Source of the DNA: Rhizodiscina lignyota
Lineage: Eukaryota
Direction: 5' to 3'
NCBI GenBank assembly: GCA_010015805.1
Contig: ML978123.1
Location: 3,162,001-3,226,000 of the forward strand
Length of the DNA: 64,000 nt
This document shows, one piece after another, positions 60,101 to 64,000 of the stretch. Numbering within the stretch: position 1 is the stretch's first letter; the number at the start of each line of letters is the position of its first letter. Made by a program: the position numbers and the translations under genes. The notes below the pieces were generated by a model. That model searched no databases and was not told the origin of the DNA. It saw only the letters and a program-made list of their open reading frames with translations.

Positions 60101-63100
60101 CCTGCAATTGAAAGTCATGTTGATGAAATCGCGATCTCCAATTCCCCCACGGCCGAGGGAGATCATGTTAAGCAAGGGTCAATCGACGAGCTGCAGCATG
60201 CACACGAGTCGAGAGAAATTCCAATACCTGGCTCATTCGGCGAAGATTTCCCACAGGCCGAAGGTCAGCCGACAGCGCGCGAATTGGAGATCGCCCAAGA
60301 ACTCGAAGCGGAGGAAGAAATTCCACCCGTCGAAGAGGAGTTGCAGCCTGTGTATCACTCTGAAGGAGTTGTTCTACCGCGATCTTTAGAGGAAGACGAT
60401 CAGCAAATCGAAAGTCAACCGACAGAACGCGAATTAGAGATCGCCCACCAACTTGAAGCGGAAGAGGGTCTTCCTGTCGAACAGGAACTGCAACCTGTGC
60501 AACACGCTCAAGAGACTGCGATTTCCGAGTCCCTGGGCGGAGATGGTCAGCAATTCGAAAGTAAGCCTGCAAAACCTCAATTGGAGATTGCCTCAGAACT
60601 TGGCGGCAGAGAAGAGATCCCGCATATCGAAGAGAAAGTGCAACCTGCGCACCAGCTTGAAGAAATCACCGTTCCCAGCACTTCTGAAGAGGATAAGCAA
60701 CAGTTTGAAAGCCAACCAACTGGACGTGAACTGGAACTTGCGCGAGATGTTGAGGCTGAAGATGATGTTCCTCATGGCGAAGGTAGCATCCCTGCTGTTG
60801 TCCCAGTTGCAGGTGGTGTGCAGCCTGCCGAAGAAATTCAACTCGAAGAACAACCCCGTCTGGAGGGTCAACCAGAGGAGCGCGAGCTGGACCTTCCCCG
60901 TGACATAGAGGCCGAAGACAAAATTCCTCGTGACGAAGAAGTTCAGCATGCTACAGATATCGCAGCTTTCCACGATACTCGACCCTCCGACGATATTCAG
61001 CCTTCAGAAGAAGTCCAAGCTGGGGAGGTCCAACTCGGAGCCGCTCAGCCTGAGGAAATTCCATTTGAACCTGAAAGCCAACCGGCAGAACACGAACTGC
61101 AGCTTGCAAAGGATATCCCAGCCGAAGAAGAATCCCTCCGTGATGAAATGATTGAGTCTGCTACGGATATCCCACATATCCAGACTTCCCAGGGAGCTAA
61201 TCTCGACGACAGCAAACATGCTCAGCACAGTGCTGTTCCATCTGAAGAAGCTGAAGCTGAAGCACCTCGGCCTGAAGGAACTCAACCGGCGTTGAAAATT
61301 TTGCCAAAAGATGATGAACTAGAGCTTGCCCGAGATATCCGGCCAGCTGCAAATATCGAACCCTCCCGAGATATTCAGAAGCCCGAAGAAATCCAGGACC
61401 ACGCAATTCCACCTCAAATGCTTCCCGAAGAGGCCGAACCGGAGAGATCTCAACTCGATGAACCTCAGCAGGAATCTCTCCATGCCTATGAACATTCATT
61501 CCAAGAACCTCAAACAGAGTTTGAAAGCCAGCCAGTAGAGCGCGAATTGGAGCTTGCAGATGACATCAGAACCAAAGATGAAATCCTTCGTGACGACATC
61601 CAATCTGCTGCAGATATCCATGCTCCCGAGGATATTCAACCTTCCGAGGAAGTCCAAGCTGATGATGAATCTTGGTCGCGTCCTGGAAAGAAGGGTAAAA
61701 AGGGCAAGAAAGGCAAACGGGGATCTTTGACTGCCAGTGCATCCGTTGGTGCTGCTACTGCTGCTGCCGCCGGAGCGCTTCTACTGGATGAGAATGCTGG
61801 AAATGATGCGCAAGATGCACCAAAGAACTTGGACGAAGAGGCCAATGTCGAGCCGCTCGCACGAACAGCAACAGAATCGTCGCTCCAGGAGCCAGCACCC
61901 GAAGCTACAACCCAATTGCTGCAGGAAGCTGAGGCGGACAACGAATGGACATCTTCGACTGGAAAGAAAGGAAAGAAGGGTAAGAAAGGCAAAAAAGGGA
62001 AGCAGTCTCGTTCTGTATCAACAAGCGGGACTACCACACCTGCAGCAGAATCTGAAAGCTTGCAACACATGGACATTCCACCAGTTCCGCACATTCCTAC
62101 CGATATCGATGCCCTCCAAGAGCGCGGTATCACGTCCGAGCCTGAAATCCCACAGGAGCCGGAGACTTTGCAGGAACCAGAAGTTTCGCGAGAGCCGGAA
62201 ATAGTTCAAGAGCCTGAGGCCTTGCCAGAGTCTGAAATCTCACAGGAGCCAGAAGTCTTAAAAGAGCCAGAAGTTTCGCATGAACCAGAGGCGATGCAGG
62301 AACCGGAAGTCTCGCCCGAGCCAGTAGTCTTGCAGGAACCGGAGATTTCACAGGAGTTAGATGTTCCGCAGGAGCCTGAAGTCCTGCAAGAGCCAGAAAG
62401 TTCGCAGGAGCGAGACATCGTACCTGAATCGGAGCTTGCTATCGAGGATGGTCTGGCGCAAGGTAGAGAACTTCCCTCTGAGCCTGGACCGAGTGCCGAG
62501 GTCGAAAAGTCTCTCGAGGAAACGCAAGAGGCAGGAGAAGGCGAGTTTGCCTTGCCGACCAAGACCAAGAAATCAAAGAAGGAGAGGCGAAAGGAGAAGA
62601 AAGGGAAGCCTGCTCTTCCAGAAGAATCCTCGATTGACACGAGCTCTGAGCATATCGCCGTGGGCGAGAGTGCCAGTCGATCAACGCAAGACCTTTTGGA
62701 GCCAGTCCAGCCAGAAGCACCAAGTGAGAATGTCGAGACAGTCCAACAAGACCCAGAAGCAGCTGTGGAGGAAGAGTGGTCTTTGCCAGCCAAGAAAGGC
62801 AAGAAAGAAAAGCGCAAAGACAAGAAGAAGAAGGGCAAGACTGCCGCTGCAGATGACGATGTCTCCCAAGCACTGGTTGCCGCTGATACCGATACTATTG
62901 GTGCTGAGACAATGGATGTGGATGATATCGTGCAGCAGACTGAGCATCCTACGACTGCCGCAGGTGCATTATTCGAAGAAGAACCAGTCGCAGACATTCC
63001 TTCCGATGATCCAGCATTCCACCAACCTTCAGAAGTCCCTCAGGCTCTCGATCAACTGGAGCGGTTGTCTTCAAGGGAAATTGTGGATGAGCCATCTGGT

Positions 63101-64000
63101 GCAGTTATTGCCGCTCTTCCAAAGGATACTGATGATCTTGAGCAAGTACAGCAGGACAAGGATGTCGTGGAGTCTGCTCCCAAAGAACTGGTTCAAGGCG
63201 ATGGTACTCAGGCTGTGGCTGACGACAATATCTCTCGCGATCAGACTGAAGATGCTGAGGAGGATCAGCCTTTGGAGTCCAGTACAAAGAAAGGCAAGAA
63301 GGACAAGCGAAGGGACAAGAAGAAAGGCAAAAAGGGTACGCCAACTCCCAAGTCTGACAATCCCACACCAAGAGCAACATCACCGGAAAGAGATGATGTC
63401 CCCGCTGTCAATCCAATGCCAGCCGCAGAGCAGCAAGAAGCAGAACCGCAAGTCGAGGAACAGCCAGCTGTATCCGACGAGAACATGCCCGAAGAATCGC
63501 AGCAGCCCGAGCATATCTTACCTTTCGAACCAACGCCTGATGATACGCGCAATTTCATCTATGGTAACGTCGATCGTGATGTCGAAGAGATGGACACGCA
63601 GGACGAGGAAGTTCAGAATCCCACAAGTCCAGACGAGACGCGCAATTTCATCTATGGAGACACGACGGATGCTCCTCGCAACATCTTAACTGGACAGCAT
63701 GACATTATGATGTCCGAACCAGACTTCTTGAAGCCTGCTGCATCGCATACAAGCGAATCAGACATCTCTCCAAGGACGATTCCCACGACACCTCAACCGG
63801 AAGAAGCAAATGTCGATTCAGATTCTCGCGACATTGCAGAAGATGGTGGAAAGGATCCCTCCGTTATTGAATCGCATGACGTCGCAGCTCCCGTAGTTGC
63901 AGATGGGGCCGAGACGATCGCTATCATTGCTCAGCCGGAGGAAGCTGCCGTCCATTCAGGTTCTCACGACGTTGCAGAGCCAGATCTGGGGCATGCCTCT
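48173..64000 (+). CDS. Giant leashin/Lah-like Woronin-body tether ('involucrin repeat protein'); 3' end lies beyond the window
   Basis: ATG at 48173 (MWNKVLGK..). The same frame reads sensibly wherever I sampled it, up to 64000 (5276 codons). No terminated + ORF is listed in that frame, consistent with no stop. Contains KLVDWWRDYEDIQKMEAYTEAIGVCRYCFDP and RPLYLVERN, a very acidic E/P-rich body, and repeated KKGKKGK poly-lysine motifs. Confidence 0.8.
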   Translation, partial: MWNKVLGKASDASSQDGSRRRTGESSSSSKREHRRAESIVTSSSTRTPASRTSRTDDKDRSDRDKHTSRSSTFPMQGPPSEASTYATARSERYAESDSTIKASSRKGREEKTQYRVTDRGLERIRARSTSSERRKSSKRDPEESRDRDRDKRREERREERRRDKDRDDRSERSVKKRSSSLDSSRRRPDKESSRGPADFSTQVAAPGFSQFPGQDGAPAYGVPGAPGQLPSVNVRPPSNAPSNAPFNAPDSHVATQFPGQTPYQFHIVMPSDQGGPGLAAEYYGDQGESVQQQPGNRPHTPNMLVNADHHLLAASAQAVPAMDTGDGTAADYYDGKVSPVLLPQDGATPAKPSRPTKKPSGSSHSSKLSSATALAGAAGLGYALTQNGDHRPTQAAQGAASSFYQQGSNLSITSSHHGHSESAPAVPTLGSYAASSPRLSNGKPGKHSSHSNAAAYTAGAAALGVAGAYALHEHHEHQHHGSRISPAPSKYDHPPSNFGGYAGAAGSYAAGAGAYTGASGAYGGGASGMMMEHKHRGPMTKLVDWWRDYEDIQKMEAYTEAIGVCRYCFDPGSSPYDAPRKHHYSRRRRSSRESLVSASGRVGKESRYYTSDTEKRHSKTNKAGNWLAAGAAGYGLAKVGKVLWNRDKDFDDTYSVKTGRRLYDDNGSRISMVSRHSDSDRRRSESRQSYGVVKHKAGLKSGTSVDIVRDSDKDYTVVRKKHKHRDRSRSTSRDRKSSSSKLLGAALGGAAAAGALHEYDKHRRHSRSPQPSMKKVRHRDRSNSSERSLRRRRSSHEKKRRGFFNFGNASSSSTDSALAYGIAAPRRKASVKTLRSSKTDGKRRAKHRTSDEKLNATLLGLGATAAAITAAQAGSRHGRRHNADLIAVKERKGKKLADPAYLAPGSHSRSARHGRSRSGVSNASSSSSLSITSWKDAEGGEDGWEDESVYEQEQQHDHLPSSPSSDDVSNVNSALAYGDYSWGKNKARKSTDSLASDASGTNKWLWRWGSKKDKKPKRRPSDLEGGVPLVAGAAAAGAVGAALINHREKEREKEKQQIYRRDDAMSSASSVSAPSQATMQTVYPTPTSDPYNYEAMGRYGRAPSEGPVRRQTMPEQRPSTVYTARPDTVPLQQPQPISKVSDKVYAMQGGYEAGYTAPSGPPVFSKYDVSQPLHVPRRQSSPISPGGHHLVKDLAIGALAAGTAASVVTAATRKSDSDREQRRREREVDERREADRLRRKVEEKQREADRLRRKEEEQREAERLRREDEERREADRLRRREGEQRESERLRRQEEEQRDVERLRKKAEREAAEAADIQRRQELEREQMMRLRRETEQKEEEMRQHFAATETAARQQRARDAERAAAAAREQTERQEQALRDAVTAREEAEHAAFEREAERRRQKQLQRDAERKEKESSWVEPALAGLAGAGAGAVIADIISDRKKDKEEERERRFEAPAEVREPTTVPTASIVEPAHVAVIEPSNVAVDFFDENDALNDPDYFRKLRDANRSVHDHTSGSNEPVYEPIKRPRSGSGVVRDFEDRYKFVREPVDNATFWAPEELTKDAGQAVEVDEAMKKMGGPNADADIEVMLAGLARGPPYDPGYAFTTGGRSQAWPIDIVPRLNLIPPTPPPPEILQPKPEAPREVERQAVVAAEREIEEEEHPHPSQVVAGTQRDIEVEGHPSEAVAAAEQAIEDEEYQSRPSHGRRMSAQSHSIGEAHVQDHIEDDQFDDIPPRPNHARKPSVSRVSWGGDETFSYDVPSPEPSDLEGHEGYFPKVKARGEPEVHGDTSADETAYERTVYARGPAIREQQESGIARAPSPLVPNEPETPVEEIISPEAAHLAETSRQGFAAPAKAHDYDEGETPILESERDGSFYQQPFYESVSDIGPSMRRPGFVLGEVETPPATEQRDPTLSAEAEPEYWPSMPGAFDDEAAPPIQHARDVATEVEASVDAGADDDGNLSKRERRKKEKEARRLAEAAAASVASVMAASALNRDTSKPAPGREYDVSDVPHHQNGYDVKKGEETRDAAPDDIEEPKRSKKKKSRSNGDIEAQLYEEPASYYEPSESTSSRVREDDHYEDEDKERKSKSRRSKDREADDSPARYAESVRSNDVDDRKRSKRRSSRKDSEFYDDDVKSSRRAPASEPGDYYDDEDRKKSRRKSKRDDDLDSVASAPVRFYDDDRDKDRSSKKDKKGGLLASILGSSAKRDADERSETSKTSTKSQRSSKYDEEDNERRRKKKSKSRSYSPDEPEEPPSKVVETSSSRKEKRRSKDKRDTADDESFLGDRAEDNEMAPLPSTVVAADAASAVEEAAREKTPSGDEREALSEHDGARKMPELGSATWREDVEQLANLSALPDSRPTSPIEVGSAEDLPRLPDSMPPSPTPSEKAFEAGALADLQKSLAESRSEAARRSAAPTPPRPAPLVTSRTYSPTAIPVRFKPLPPSPAASRSRSVEPDAQRLWNVDPFDTTESVRSSPRHAKSVSVESPVSASFRTNTQEMRPLYLVERNRYRRSWSGPDASTPPARGLAVQELETLPSLPSSRASSVLGGEEAIQKEISTPGWEEVLEDERREEEGLAGFATHYERDDEYLDSEQATPKATVFPPRPFDVVEPKVEPVAQDVTPLMVERATTEQERIVSALHDKPFSIEDQKSVPTPQEQDDVGFEEPVFGTPQEVVDSESEVLDYSTPPQEFDVPNSDELDYVRPEEVHVPTSEKVDIPKHEELGAQKLEELEESTLEEPDVQKPEDLVLHKSEELEDLALKEVVIEKPEVLDVQKPEELDRSFSRELDALKSDVPKPEDLDVQKPEELDVQWPDVRKAEGLEAHKPEEIERQTLDEHQTIPLLPITLQDEDSAIIPEGGRPELTRDVSPGSQSPVLAAESPKFSAVDDKTELAEPEPSYPGLPLSRPESPYERPPSHPAFDVDAGHDRQLPDESVRLTRPLDEVELRDAYPTLPQSRPDSPYEEPEPSSSNFKNIAAAALAGGTAAYLGHEVLSTRDRSEPDISVHVKEMAAPALERIPSITPQPAAEPDKDVGEPLTVIEAPSEQPEHGVVEDHQVIEAPIEQAKQSNIREVAEPALEGVPPITSKNDTESAADKGESLTSIEIPTQFPDQQVVEDKSVMEEPTEQTEQLVPAIEAPIEHPEQHVVEDRSVTEEPIGQTEQLVPDDAGEPTATAVEATAETEFPDQLSRRDSTRGKKKKTKGKKKSGAATPVVEETVKEEPSIATELQEGVDNMPEPPEPIAGPVSSTFDIEAQTFVPTDGDIEVQEEELARDDSEKQEFELSEQTTEPTPPSLLTRTKSKGKGAKKGKKGKSLIPEEPAASESVSEGDSAQRELTQEAEAEPPFVTSSKKSKKGKGRKGKQQDDWIEEQPVAEPVPEIVVDRAISDEPSQPMSESAELGSITPGKKGKKGKGKGKKGKKQDDSWEDEATEEPTTEAAAATVYPEQLHERSGISEEETVQDRTAETPVVTVDPSEQQNEPTDIKDEDIVQERSTGTPVAVVYPPEQQDELASIREEYHREFEHPNGGPSDQPTPVVEHEDPFLTTPILEMQSFEVPLAGPAVEKADPFDAQQLPEQRELDVPTPRPILQHAITSPVPFTEPLLEEEEPPFVDAVDQFQEPEHIAEPLEESIIEDGQQKGFILPESVPLPEDEMELAELEEQIFELDHQLHGEREETPAAVPIPETKALMEFDEGGRDLHPGSVVPHSIENAERAAPFVADTSIDSVPEVPQDEFAMHEPQVPQTDESEYQNIAQTAGGETIDIQQLHQEPIQRTPTPVRDSLKEMLMRVASEHQPESEALFDRPTMPELAGQSGRDADVSEVPLGEEVVPYESEIVPRAASEDTSLPLAVDKDVNVAEESSIREPEQEVQAAESIYDMPTEHFDTHRSGAEDELMRPSERYDNIQEAPLEHRSSSPVGEHLHVETVSLPHTLDHDLSKPIEEPQQLPASRDTAQHDRLHDAENVERPAIESHVDEIAISNSPTAEGDHVKQGSIDELQHAHESREIPIPGSFGEDFPQAEGQPTARELEIAQELEAEEEIPPVEEELQPVYHSEGVVLPRSLEEDDQQIESQPTERELEIAHQLEAEEGLPVEQELQPVQHAQETAISESLGGDGQQFESKPAKPQLEIASELGGREEIPHIEEKVQPAHQLEEITVPSTSEEDKQQFESQPTGRELELARDVEAEDDVPHGEGSIPAVVPVAGGVQPAEEIQLEEQPRLEGQPEERELDLPRDIEAEDKIPRDEEVQHATDIAAFHDTRPSDDIQPSEEVQAGEVQLGAAQPEEIPFEPESQPAEHELQLAKDIPAEEESLRDEMIESATDIPHIQTSQGANLDDSKHAQHSAVPSEEAEAEAPRPEGTQPALKILPKDDELELARDIRPAANIEPSRDIQKPEEIQDHAIPPQMLPEEAEPERSQLDEPQQESLHAYEHSFQEPQTEFESQPVERELELADDIRTKDEILRDDIQSAADIHAPEDIQPSEEVQADDESWSRPGKKGKKGKKGKRGSLTASASVGAATAAAAGALLLDENAGNDAQDAPKNLDEEANVEPLARTATESSLQEPAPEATTQLLQEAEADNEWTSSTGKKGKKGKKGKKGKQSRSVSTSGTTTPAAESESLQHMDIPPVPHIPTDIDALQERGITSEPEIPQEPETLQEPEVSREPEIVQEPEALPESEISQEPEVLKEPEVSHEPEAMQEPEVSPEPVVLQEPEISQELDVPQEPEVLQEPESSQERDIVPESELAIEDGLAQGRELPSEPGPSAEVEKSLEETQEAGEGEFALPTKTKKSKKERRKEKKGKPALPEESSIDTSSEHIAVGESASRSTQDLLEPVQPEAPSENVETVQQDPEAAVEEEWSLPAKKGKKEKRKDKKKKGKTAAADDDVSQALVAADTDTIGAETMDVDDIVQQTEHPTTAAGALFEEEPVADIPSDDPAFHQPSEVPQALDQLERLSSREIVDEPSGAVIAALPKDTDDLEQVQQDKDVVESAPKELVQGDGTQAVADDNISRDQTEDAEEDQPLESSTKKGKKDKRRDKKKGKKGTPTPKSDNPTPRATSPERDDVPAVNPMPAAEQQEAEPQVEEQPAVSDENMPEESQQPEHILPFEPTPDDTRNFIYGNVDRDVEEMDTQDEEVQNPTSPDETRNFIYGDTTDAPRNILTGQHDIMMSEPDFLKPAASHTSESDISPRTIPTTPQPEEANVDSDSRDIAEDGGKDPSVIESHDVAAPVVADGAETIAIIAQPEEAAVHSGSHDVAEPDLGHAS
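51866..52090 (+). repeat. Coding tandem repeat: six copies of a 13-14 aa E/R-rich unit
   Basis: READRLRRKVEEKQ / READRLRRKEEEQ / REAERLRREDEER / READRLRRREGEQ / RESERLRRQEEEQ / RDVERLRKK. Confidence 0.85.
60266..61640 (+). repeat. Coding repeat: about eight copies of a ~50 aa acidic unit
   Basis: (F)ESQP.ERELE.A...EAEEE.P units start near 60266, 60416, 60563, 60713, 60869, 61079, 61283 and 61529. Confidence 0.75.
62138..62410 (+). repeat. Coding minisatellite: about 15 copies of an 18 nt / 6 aa EPExxQ unit
   Basis: EPEIPQ EPETLQ EPEVSR EPEIVQ EPEALP ESEISQ EPEVLK EPEVSH EPEAMQ EPEVSP EPVVLQ EPEISQ ELDVPQ EPEVLQ EPESSQ. Confidence 0.9.

Noticed and set aside
48500..63700. Numerous alternative-frame and antisense ORFs (e.g. 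62361-63689, 51881-52720)
   Set aside because: Shadows of the repetitive, compositionally biased giant ORF.

Overview
Eukaryotic, intron-containing DNA from a filamentous ascomycete (Pezizomycotina-type GT..CTRAC..AG introns of about 50-100 nt, plus a Woronin-body leashin-like gene). I can support about 25 protein-coding loci. Most are housekeeping: pseudouridine-5'-phosphate glycosidase (partial), RPN12, PHB2, an Emp46/47-type lectin, allantoinase, HEM4, ERV1, a JEN1-type transporter, an Old Yellow Enzyme, CYSTM, DUF3445, ALG9, NAF1, SUA5 and OXP1. The last 15.8 kb is one apparently uninterrupted reading frame (>5,270 codons, leashin/Lah-like) that the ORF track misses because no stop codon falls inside the window. 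Accessory or unexplained material includes: a divergent pair of intronless secreted-protein genes (PL7 lyase and a 10-Cys Kex2-type orphan); three degenerate 330-370 bp non-coding tandem repeats at 16.5-17.5 kb; a Rei1/TRI15-like pseudogene; an OYE whose active-site His appears replaced by Gln; and a strongly base-paired ~280 nt intergenic element at 47.4-47.7 kb that may be an unannotated ncRNA. No rRNA, tRNA, CRISPR array or intact transposon was seen. All family assignments come from motifs recognised by eye; no database search or folding program was run.
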